From a virus (Duplodnaviria > Caudoviricetes), in the IMG/VR virus record IMGVR_UViG_3300037308_000174, positions 1 through 42,316 of that record: a stretch of DNA of 42,316 nt; one strand, written 5' to 3'. Both the position numbers and the translations under genes were made by a program. The notes below the pieces were generated by a model. The model saw only the letters and a program-made list of their open reading frames with translations. It was not told where the DNA came from and did no database searches. Position 1 is the first letter of the stretch; each line of letters starts with the position of its first letter. This document shows positions 26,007 through 34,123 of this stretch, piece after piece.

Positions 26007-26680
26007 GTCTGCGGCCTCGCGCCGGTCCAGCGCTCGCTGGGAGCGCCGTCAGTGTGGAGCGTCACCCGGCGCTCTGGGTCGCGCGGGTAACCGAGGACGT
26101 GCCCCAAGTGCTTCGCATAGAGTCCCCAGTGCAGGCCCGCCCGCTGCGCGTCCCCGCGGCCGGCGTAGTACTCGGAGACGGCGTAGTGGACCAGGCCCTG
26201 CTGGAGCTCCGGGCGCACCTTGATGCGGGCGCCGTCGGTGGCGTAGCGCTCAGGCACACAGACCGCGGTCAGGCGCACCACGTCGTTGGTCGCGCTCGGA
26301 CGAGGATAGACCACGAGCCAGTCGAAGCCGATAGTGGTATAGAGCCGCGGCGAGCCGTCTGTCTCGAGCCACTTGGGATCGATAGCCTCCAGGCCTTCCA
26401 AGCTTGTGCGGGTGAGCTTCAGGCGGTTGCCCTGAAGCCACGCCTCCCGTACCCACAGGAACGAGCTAACCGGCCAGTGCAAGCGGTAGATGCCCCGACT
26501 AGCAAGGAGCGGCAGGTCGTACTGCTCGGTGTAGCCACCGGTCAGCATCGCCACCTCGGCTATCGCGTCGTTCAGGGAGTCGCGGATTGGGGCAAGGTCC
26601 TCCGGCGTATCAAGAAAAACATCCGGGGAGGACGGGTCTTCCCCGATAAGCCGGAGAACCTTACGCTCAAGCTCGTTCAC
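26003..26680 (-). CDS. Head-tail adaptor protein
   Basis: LNDAIAEV, GSPRLY, VVYPRP, LVHYAV motifs typical of podovirus adaptors. Confidence 0.72.
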   Translation of the reverse strand: MNELERKVLRLIGEDPSSPDVFLDTPEDLAPIRDSLNDAIAEVAMLTGGYTEQYDLPLLASRGIYRLHWPVSSFLWVREAWLQGNRLKLTRTSLEGLEAIDPKWLETDGSPRLYTTIGFDWLVVYPRPSATNDVVRLTAVCVPERYATDGARIKVRPELQQGLVHYAVSEYYAGRGDAQRAGLHWGLYAKHLGHVLGYPRDPERRVTLHTDGAPSERWTGARPQT

Positions 26681-26820
26681 TTGCGCAGCTTCTTGCCTTT
26701 GTGGACGCCCTTGATACGGCCTTTGTTGGCGCTCGCGTAGAATACGCGCTCGCCTTTCTCCTTGCCGTATTCCTCGGCTATCGCCTTCTTGATCTTGGCA
26801 CCCTTCTTGGTCAGCGGCAT
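26677..26820 (-). CDS. Small basic protein (47 aa)
   Basis: MPLTKKGAKIKKAIAEEYGKEKGERVFYASANKGRIKGVHKGKKLRK; GTGA overlap with adaptor. Confidence 0.75.
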   Translation of the reverse strand: MPLTKKGAKIKKAIAEEYGKEKGERVFYASANKGRIKGVHKGKKLRK

Positions 26821-26821
26821 G

Positions 26822-26866
26822 TCATCGCCCTCGCCCTCGCTTCTTGCCCTTCTTCCCGCACGCCAT
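26822..26866 (-). CDS. 14-aa basic peptide MACGKKGKKRGRGR
   Basis: AGGAGGA RBS 6 nt upstream; stop 1 nt before the next ATG. Confidence 0.55.
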   Translation of the reverse strand: MACGKKGKKRGRGR

Positions 26867-26952
26867 GTTTAGTCCTCCTGTTGGGTGGGGCGGGCGGAGG
26901 TAGGCAGAGTACCCCCGCCCATTAAGGCCTTGCCGCCCCATGAGCGTTACCA

Positions 26953-27282
26953 TCAGCTGAAGCAATGACAAATCCTCGGGTCGTTGGCGGTCGAATCTTC
27001 CCAGCCGCCCCACATCCATTGCTCACCCGCCATACCGTCGTTAATCACGCCGTAGAACCAAGTCCCAGGCGTGATAAACGAAAATCTCGCCTCGTCCTTC
27101 CAATAAGTGTCGGACCCAAAGCAGGTGTCGAGCGAAGCCACCCCGGCGGGCTCGACCGGCATCCACCCCGAGGTCCCGTCGTTGCGTGAAACGGACTCGA
27201 CCGGCCCCTTGACAACCTTACGGTCTCCGTCAGTCTCGGTGTGACCGTAGTACACCGGCGTTGCGGCCATCTCAAACGGCAT
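26953..27282 (-). CDS. Hypothetical protein (109 aa)
   Basis: AGGAGG RBS; overlaps the end of the GT2 gene. Confidence 0.6.
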   Translation of the reverse strand: MPFEMAATPVYYGHTETDGDRKVVKGPVESVSRNDGTSGWMPVEPAGVASLDTCFGSDTYWKDEARFSFITPGTWFYGVINDGMAGEQWMWGGWEDSTANDPRICHCFS

Positions 27283-28018
27283 CTCTCGGTTCCTCCTGTC
27301 CTAGCTCGACGCACACCCGGTCAGCAAGCTCCGGAGTCTCGTCGAGGTATTTCCGATAAGTCTCCTCGGTTACTATCTGCGGATCGCCGATGTGCCCTAG
27401 CTTGTACCCGCCCTCAAGCCACACCCGCACCCCGTGCCGGCGGGCGTGAACACAGAACACAATGTCCTCGCCCCCACGCGAATCAATCGTAAACCAGGGC
27501 TCAGGCACCCGCTCGAGCACTTCCCGGCGCATCAGCAATGCCCCGAAGCCGACCGCGTGAACCTCAACAAGTGCCGGAGGCACTTCGATCAAAGGATAGT
27601 GCTTGTACGGATCGTCGCTGTGGTCCTTGACGTAGACAACAGGCAGCGGCTTGCTCCGCGAGTAGTAGAGCGCCGAGACCATGTCGAGACTCGCGTGCCG
27701 GGCAAGCGCGAGCGCTAGATCCGGGTTGAAGACGTGATCGTCGTCGAGCCACAGGAAGTGCGTGAACGGCTTACCGTTGTACTCGTTGATGTGCGCGAGG
27801 GCAGTGCGCCCGAGATCGTTCCGCGCCCACTGCACCGGAGCCCGCTCCACGATGCCAATTTGCCACACGCGCAATCCCTGCGACCAGGAGTAGGCGACCA
27901 TGTTGACGAGCGCCTTTGTGAAGCGCGCCCAGCATTGGTAGCCCTGCACTGGGGTCAGGACGCACAAGTCAAGCGTTTCGAGCCGTGCGCGCTCTTCTGG
28001 GGTCGGGGCGTAAAGCAT
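27272..28018 (-). CDS. Glycosyltransferase, GT-A fold (GT2-like)
   Basis: ARN, FLWLDDD (DxD), GFGALLMRREVL, PWF, GEDIVFC motifs; start inferred at MLYAPT. Confidence 0.85.
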   Translation of the reverse strand: MLYAPTPEERARLETLDLCVLTPVQGYQCWARFTKALVNMVAYSWSQGLRVWQIGIVERAPVQWARNDLGRTALAHINEYNGKPFTHFLWLDDDHVFNPDLALALARHASLDMVSALYYSRSKPLPVVYVKDHSDDPYKHYPLIEVPPALVEVHAVGFGALLMRREVLERVPEPWFTIDSRGGEDIVFCVHARRHGVRVWLEGGYKLGHIGDPQIVTEETYRKYLDETPELADRVCVELGQEEPRDAV

Positions 28019-28212
28019 CAAGAATTCCCCCGCGCGCGCCAACGCCAGACCGCCGGGTGCCGCCAGATCTGCACAAGCTTCTCGCGCAACGTCAGATTAG
28101 TCGGCGCGATGCGCCGACCACCGCAGGCAGGGCAGCCGCCCGCGTCGATGTCCCACGAACTGACTACCCCATGACACACTTTGCACCGATAAAACTCTAG
28201 CCCTTCGTGCAT
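28018..28212 (-). CDS. Zinc-ribbon protein (64 aa)
   Basis: CKVC...CPAC; GAGGTG RBS. Confidence 0.7.
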   Translation of the reverse strand: MHEGLEFYRCKVCHGVVSSWDIDAGGCPACGGRRIAPTNLTLREKLVQIWRHPAVWRWRARGNS

Positions 28213-28234
28213 TCTGTCCACCTCTGCCGTGAAG

Positions 28235-29284
28235 TCACATGCACCATTTGAGATACCGCCGCCACGCCTCGCCAACCTGCTCCCAGGTCCACACGGGCGT
28301 CTGCGCCGCCATGCGCTGTAGCCGTGCTAGCCGCCGCGGATCGGACAAGCACCACTCGAGTCCTCGCACCAGCTCCAGCGTGTAGATCATGTAATCCCGT
28401 GCCGCCCATCGCGTCAGCCACCCGGTACGCCGATGACGCACCCACTCGGGCGTCGACCCGAGGCCCCCGGTAGTGACGACGGGCGTCCCGCTGGCAAGCG
28501 ACTGGAGCACGATGTTAGAGCAGATCTCCGGGTACTCGCTCGGCAGCAGCATGAGCGCCGCCCTGCCGAGCACGTCGGCGAGCTCAATCTGCGGCACCGG
28601 ATCTCGCAAGTCGACACTCGAGGCGTCCACCGCGGCGTAGTCGATCTCGTACGGGTCTTCGCCCTCGGCCGGATGCAGGATCGAAAGGCGAGAGTACGCC
28701 TCGAGTCGAAGACTCGGGCGCACGCGGGCGCGGCCTGCATCGAGAAGGAACGGCAAGCGCTTGAGCCCCCGGTTAGGGGCGCTCGCGTAGACCAGGAGAT
28801 CCGGGTCCTTCTCGCGCGGCCGAAACAGATCGAGGTCGACCCCGTTGGGAATGATGCGGCCATAGGGCATCTCCGGCCATGCCGTGCGCCAGAGCGCCCT
28901 GGCGTAGCGCGACATGTAGACGACCCCAGCGAGCATCCCCGGATAGCGTGACTCGAGGCAGAAGCCCGGATGCGGTAGGTCGTGCGTCCACAGGACACGC
29001 GCCCTGGCGTTAATGTCGGCATACCCACGCCCGAGGCCACGATTAAGCACGAGCGCGTCATAGCGGCCCTCAGGAAGCTCGACCCAAGCCACGCCTGCGG
29101 GCGTCTCGCCAGGGGGGCAGTCCGAGTAGACCTCGACCCGCCAGTCGCACGCGGCCAGATAGTCCGAGACGCGCCTGAGAGACCCGACTCTGCCACCTAC
29201 CGCGCCCTCGTAATCCGATAGCCCCTTGAGCCCTGTCGAGAGATCAAGAAACAGGACCCGGGGCGCTCTGCCCGCCCCGGCCAC
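28235..29284 (-). CDS. Glycosyltransferase, GT-B fold (GT4-like)
   Basis: WTHD, IIPNGVD, PSEYPEICSNIVLQSLASGTPVV motifs. Confidence 0.88.
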   Translation of the reverse strand: MAGAGRAPRVLFLDLSTGLKGLSDYEGAVGGRVGSLRRVSDYLAACDWRVEVYSDCPPGETPAGVAWVELPEGRYDALVLNRGLGRGYADINARARVLWTHDLPHPGFCLESRYPGMLAGVVYMSRYARALWRTAWPEMPYGRIIPNGVDLDLFRPREKDPDLLVYASAPNRGLKRLPFLLDAGRARVRPSLRLEAYSRLSILHPAEGEDPYEIDYAAVDASSVDLRDPVPQIELADVLGRAALMLLPSEYPEICSNIVLQSLASGTPVVTTGGLGSTPEWVRHRRTGWLTRWAARDYMIYTLELVRGLEWCLSDPRRLARLQRMAAQTPVWTWEQVGEAWRRYLKWCM

Positions 29285-29288
29285 CGGG

Positions 29289-29723
29289 TTACAGCGCCCG
29301 GATGAACGCCTTAGCGTTCAGGTGATAGCGGCTAGAGCTCGATCCAGTCACGGCTTCGCAGAGAAAGGCGAAGGACTTGGCTGACGCCGAGCTAGCCGCA
29401 CTCGGAGTCAGGCCCCACTCGGCGTTGACGGTGTTCAGACCTTCACCGGCCGCACTCGAGCCCGTCGAGGAGTAAACATAGGTCGACGCCCGATAGCCGT
29501 AGACCTGGATAAGCCCATAGGCGTTGGAAGCGATGTTAGAGTCGGCGACTCCGGCGAAACAGCCGAGAGACGCCGTCGCCGGCTGCGTGACGTTCACCCC
29601 GTCGGTAGTCGCTGAGATGTCCCAAACCACCGAGTAACCTGCGGTGATTGTGCCGCCGCTGACGTTCTTGACAACAACGTACGCCACTTCAGGCTGAGAA
29701 CGGGAAATACGCTTGAACAACAT
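29289..29723 (-). CDS. Capsid decoration/cement protein
   Basis: Follows the major capsid gene; GVA...IA...YGLIQVYG motif; Ser/Thr-rich. Confidence 0.7.
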   Translation of the reverse strand: MLFKRISRSQPEVAYVVVKNVSGGTITAGYSVVWDISATTDGVNVTQPATASLGCFAGVADSNIASNAYGLIQVYGYRASTYVYSSTGSSAAGEGLNTVNAEWGLTPSAASSASAKSFAFLCEAVTGSSSSRYHLNAKAFIRAL

Positions 29724-29803
29724 GATCGGTTACCTCGCTGTTTTCACTGTCGAGCTTTCGCTCCGTTCCATCACTGCGAGGCGCTCTGCCCGCCCCCGTT
29801 GTG

Positions 29804-30907
29804 TTAGCTGAGACTCAGCGGAATCCCGTAGAAAACGCCGAGCTTCCGCAGATTGCTGACTGCGGAGTTGCCCATGAACAAGATCTTGGCCGTCTTCGCT
29901 GTCTGGTTCTCGGGCTCTACGAACGGAGTGGTAACAATGTCCGTCTGCGAGTCGATCACCAGCTTGTAGAACTCCGTGTTAATAAAAAACGCCGTGCCGT
30001 CGGTCGCATCCGCCGGCTCGGCCCCGTCGTCAACACCAGGCACCTGCTCGTCCCAAATGCACGTCGCTCCCTTCAGCTTGATGGTGTCGAAGCCCATATC
30101 GGCCATCTTGGTGTCGGAATAGCGAACGCTCGCATCGAGGCTCGCCTCGTAGTTCTCGAACGTCCGCTGGTCCATCACCACGAGGTTAGGGCCACCACCG
30201 CTGCCACGCGCGCAATAGTTGTACATAGTACGCAGCGCGTTCTTTAGACCCGTCAGTGTCGAGAGTGACACCGCGAAGGAGTTACCGGTGTCGGCTGATG
30301 CGTTGTCACCGACCGCCGTCTTGTGCCGCCACCACGAGTTAGTGTACGAGATGTTCCCGACGTTTCCGCCCGTAGTTGGATCAGCCTGGTTGTTCTTGCG
30401 CAGGAAGTAAGCCAGCGGGTTCAAGTCCTTCACCGAGTTGCCTGGAACGAACGTAGTGCCACTCAGCGTGCCCTTGATCAGCTGGGTATTGATCGCCTCC
30501 TTTATGCTCATCTCGGCCTGCCGGATCTTGCTCTGCAACAGGTCAATCAGCCGACCCTCGCCTGAGTTCTGACGCTCCTCCCTGCGGGTTATGGAGATAG
30601 TGCCGGCCATCTCACGCCACTCGTAGAAGGCGGTGGTGATCCCGTCCTGAATCGTCGTGTCGAGAACTTCCTCGCCCTGATAGCTCTTGACCGTGCTGTT
30701 TACCTCGTACATCAGCGGCAGGGCGATGCGCTCGCCGCCATTCTGCTTCCGCACGCCGCCGTACTGGCGAAGCGCAGCGAGGAACGCGCTGTCCTTGAAA
30801 ATATTGTCGTACAGCGTTTTGCTGTACGCCATGAGCGTGGTCGAAAGTAGCGCGTCGTAATAGATCGTGTTGGTACTGGGGGCAGACGTGCTGCCTACGG
30901 TTGCCAT
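29804..30907 (-). CDS. Major capsid protein
   Basis: 367 aa after scaffold; DNIF, GGERI..PLMY, IDLLQSKI.QAE patterns. Confidence 0.88.
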   Translation of the reverse strand: MATVGSTSAPSTNTIYYDALLSTTLMAYSKTLYDNIFKDSAFLAALRQYGGVRKQNGGERIALPLMYEVNSTVKSYQGEEVLDTTIQDGITTAFYEWREMAGTISITRREERQNSGEGRLIDLLQSKIRQAEMSIKEAINTQLIKGTLSGTTFVPGNSVKDLNPLAYFLRKNNQADPTTGGNVGNISYTNSWWRHKTAVGDNASADTGNSFAVSLSTLTGLKNALRTMYNYCARGSGGGPNLVVMDQRTFENYEASLDASVRYSDTKMADMGFDTIKLKGATCIWDEQVPGVDDGAEPADATDGTAFFINTEFYKLVIDSQTDIVTTPFVEPENQTAKTAKILFMGNSAVSNLRKLGVFYGIPLSLS

Positions 30908-30930
30908 CGTCAGTTACCTCTCGGTTGCAT

Positions 30931-31752
30931 TTAGACCGGAGCCTTCATGCCCTTCTTTTCAAGCTGACGCCGCGCGAACGCGACCGCCTGATCAAAGGTC
31001 ATAGACCCGGTCGGGGCCTCGCTTGGTTCTCTGGAGGTTTGCGACCCGCCCGATACCCTTGCTGCCTGCGCCTTGCCTTCAAGCTTCTTCAGTGCCGCAG
31101 CCATTGCCCGGCCTTCCTGCACTTCCTGCGGGATCACCGCACGGGCCAGGAGCTCAGGCGAGTTGACCAGCGTCGGGTGCTCACGCAAGACGGCGCTCAT
31201 TTGCTCCTCGTACTCGCGCCATTCTGGCACGCTTGAGTCAAGCATCGCCTCAATCTGAGACTTCTTGAGGTTCTTGACTTCACCGAGCAACGGCGAGAGC
31301 TTCTGGAGCACGCGCTCCTCGGCCCTCTGCTCGGCCTTATCGAGCACCTCGTCCCACGTCTGCGGAACCCATTGCTGGATCCCAGCCTGCTGCTCTACTG
31401 CGGCACGGGCTTCGGCTCGCGTCAAGGAGAGCCCGTAGCGTGACGCCAGCTGCTGCATTTGGCCAACCGGGTCGGCCATGAAGGCGTCGTATGCCTGGAT
31501 CTTCTCCCGATGCTTGGCGAGGTCCTGCATCTTGCGCGTGAACGCACCCTGCATTTGCTTGTACGCAGGGCGCAGCTCGTCGGGTATCTGGGTCGGATCG
31601 AAAAACGACGGCTCCGGTGCGCTTGCGGCGCTTGTCGGTGCCGACGCCCCGCTGGGCGCGGGTGCCGGCGACGCCGCTTCGCCCGGGGTGCCAGCCCCAG
31701 GATCCGCTACGTCAGGGGCTTGCCCGCCGCCCTGCTCGAGGGTATCTGCCAT
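30931..31752 (-). CDS. Capsid scaffolding protein
   Basis: Pro/Ala-rich N-terminus, MQGAFTRKMQ motif, helical; between portal and capsid. Confidence 0.8.
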   Translation of the reverse strand: MADTLEQGGGQAPDVADPGAGTPGEAASPAPAPSGASAPTSAASAPEPSFFDPTQIPDELRPAYKQMQGAFTRKMQDLAKHREKIQAYDAFMADPVGQMQQLASRYGLSLTRAEARAAVEQQAGIQQWVPQTWDEVLDKAEQRAEERVLQKLSPLLGEVKNLKKSQIEAMLDSSVPEWREYEEQMSAVLREHPTLVNSPELLARAVIPQEVQEGRAMAAALKKLEGKAQAARVSGGSQTSREPSEAPTGSMTFDQAVAFARRQLEKKGMKAPV

Positions 31753-31825
31753 GTTACCTCCATCAACGGGAAAGCGGCTGTCTCCCGACAGTCGCGGATG
31801 CGCCTACAGGCGCGTGCGCGGCGCT

Positions 31826-32050
31826 TCACAGGGGCCGCACCCTCGGCCGTCCAGGACCACGCTTTACCGCGAGCGGCGCAAGCCCCCCGTCGACGGTGGC
31901 ACCGTCGTCGAGCGGGTCCTGCGCGTCCTCGCGGGTCATGAGCCACTGCAACAGCTCTCTTTTGTGCACCAGGCACAGGTCGTACCGCTGGTCCTCCACC
32001 TCGATACTGAGATGGACTTCACGGTGCCCGCACTTGTCGCAGATCCTCAT
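31826..32050 (-). CDS. Small Zn-binding protein with GRPR (AT-hook-like) tail
   Basis: CDKC...DLCLVH; KRGPGRPR. Confidence 0.65.
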   Translation of the reverse strand: MRICDKCGHREVHLSIEVEDQRYDLCLVHKRELLQWLMTREDAQDPLDDGATVDGGLAPLAVKRGPGRPRVRPL

Positions 32051-32301
32051 ATCCAGCCTTTGCCGTAAGCCTCGGAGAGCCCCCGCTCGCGCAGCAGGCG
32101 CTCACGCTGCCTGCGGGACGTGATATAGGACTCCAGGGTCTCGTCGTAATAGTCGAGATCCGGATGCGCGTGCCAGCGCCGGGTGATCTGACGGCGCATC
32201 GCCGCGCCACACCCAGGGCAGGGTAACTCGACCTCGTCCATGCGAGCCCACACGTCCTCGAGTTGACCGCAGGCGGGGCATTGGTAGTCATAAAGCGGCA
32301 T
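32047..32301 (-). CDS. FmdB-family zinc-ribbon protein
   Basis: MPLYDYQCPACG...CPGCG..MRR. Confidence 0.85.
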   Translation of the reverse strand: MPLYDYQCPACGQLEDVWARMDEVELPCPGCGAAMRRQITRRWHAHPDLDYYDETLESYITSRRQRERLLRERGLSEAYGKGWI

Positions 32302-32326
32302 GGTAGGGAGTATAGGTTAGTGGTCG

Positions 32327-34123
32327 CTAACCCGCCATGCTTTGCCCGCCGCCCATCGCGTTGCCGCCGAGAGCGCCCATCGCTGCCCCGAGGAGCCCCT
32401 TGAGCCCCGCGGGCTCGGTCACCCCCGCCACGCTTCCCCCGGACCCTGGAGCTCCCCCCTGGCCCGGCATGGGAAGGGCGCCGCTCATCAACTGCTGGCC
32501 GATGGTCAGCAACTGCTCGAGCAGAAGCTCGTCATCCATGCGGAACAGCTCGAAAACCCGCTTGAGCAGTTGCCGGGATAGCAAGAACTGCGGGTACTGC
32601 CCCAACAGGCCTAGGATGCCCATTAGCTGCGTCTGCTCGACCTCAGGAAGCCGCGGCAGGGTCGAGCCGACCGAAATGTCGTAAGAGAACTCTCCGGCGA
32701 TCTGAGCGTAGTCGTCTGTGCGGATGAGCGCCCACTGCTCCCCGCGCGGGCCGGCAACCCGCACCGCCTCGTCCCGCGTGATATGCGACTGCACCAATTG
32801 GTCCAGCTTGCGGGCGATGTCGCGCACCCAGTCGCCGACGAGGGCCTGCTTGTCGCCTTCGCGCACCCGCATCCCGCCAGCGATGATCGCAGCCTGAGTC
32901 GCGGAGTCGGCCCCGGACACGCCGCGGGCCTCGTCGCTGACCCCGAACGCCTCGACGATGTCGTTGTTCAACGCCTGGACTTCTAGATACCCCGCCTGGT
33001 CCAAAGGCGCGTCGGCGATTGGCCGCACCGCGTCCCCCGGGGCATTAGTGACTAGACACGTGCCGTCCTCGCCGTGCGCGAGCTTAGAAATCACGGCATC
33101 AGGGTCATCGAACGCGGGTCCATAGACGAGGTACTTACGGGCGAAGCGCTTGCGATGCGTGAGGATGCGCGAGCGCGCGAGCCCGTATTCCTTCTGCGGA
33201 TCGAGCGCCTGAGAGACCGTCGGGATCGGATAGGGCGAGGCGTCCTGCAAGGTGAACCGCAGGATCGCGTAAGGGTGGCCCTCCACACCGGGGGGCAGCG
33301 GACGCGGGTCCATCACCAACTCGTGCGCGTCTTCTGCGGCGATGCACCACTGCTTTGCCTTCAGGTCGTAAAGCTCGTAGAGCGTATATACTTCCTCGCT
33401 CTCATCGTCCTCCTCGACGCGCTTTTCCGTCTCGATGTCCTCGAGCACCGAGCGCTTAATGCGCCGGTCGTTGCGCGCCTGGCTCTTGGTAAGCCGCACC
33501 CTCTCCCCGATCCAAGACCACTTATCCGGCAAGGGGCCCGCGTCCTCGTCCCACAAAAAGTCGTCGGGGTGAACTCGGGTGACCGCATAGCGCTCGTCTG
33601 CTAGCAGAAAGTCGGGCTCGACCAAGCCGTTACCGTCTTCGCCCATCAGCGGCTTGCCATCCTCGTCCATGATCGCACTGCCACCTTGCGGGTTGCGAAT
33701 TTCGTTGGCAATGAAGTGGATCTTAACCACCCCGAATGCGAAGAAAGCGTCCTGCACCGCGAGCCGCGCGGTTTTCCAAAGCCCAAGCTCCTCCTTCAAG
33801 TAATTCAGATACGCGCTGCGAACTTTCGCCATCTCTTCGTAGCGCGCGATGTCCATCGGATGCGGCGAGTACGAGCGCTTCAACTTGACGTAAAAATATG
33901 GATCAACGCTGTAAAGGCTCGGCAATTGCGTGCCGAGGTTGGCAAAGATCTTGTTGATCGTGATCCACTCCTCGCTCGGATAACCCGGATTCTGTTGCCC
34001 GGAGAAGTAAGCCCGAGCCAGCTTGATCCGCTGCTGCTCCATCCACTCCTCGTGCTTTTCTTCCGCACGCTCGATCTTCTTAGCCCAGGCTTTTGCGAGG
34101 TCTGACTTTGGCGGGCGGGGCAT
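32327..34123 (-). CDS. Portal protein
   Basis: 598 aa directly after terL; FGVVK, RVHPDDFLWD, SATQA motifs. Confidence 0.88.
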   Translation of the reverse strand: MPRPPKSDLAKAWAKKIERAEEKHEEWMEQQRIKLARAYFSGQQNPGYPSEEWITINKIFANLGTQLPSLYSVDPYFYVKLKRSYSPHPMDIARYEEMAKVRSAYLNYLKEELGLWKTARLAVQDAFFAFGVVKIHFIANEIRNPQGGSAIMDEDGKPLMGEDGNGLVEPDFLLADERYAVTRVHPDDFLWDEDAGPLPDKWSWIGERVRLTKSQARNDRRIKRSVLEDIETEKRVEEDDESEEVYTLYELYDLKAKQWCIAAEDAHELVMDPRPLPPGVEGHPYAILRFTLQDASPYPIPTVSQALDPQKEYGLARSRILTHRKRFARKYLVYGPAFDDPDAVISKLAHGEDGTCLVTNAPGDAVRPIADAPLDQAGYLEVQALNNDIVEAFGVSDEARGVSGADSATQAAIIAGGMRVREGDKQALVGDWVRDIARKLDQLVQSHITRDEAVRVAGPRGEQWALIRTDDYAQIAGEFSYDISVGSTLPRLPEVEQTQLMGILGLLGQYPQFLLSRQLLKRVFELFRMDDELLLEQLLTIGQQLMSGALPMPGQGGAPGSGGSVAGVTEPAGLKGLLGAAMGALGGNAMGGGQSMAG

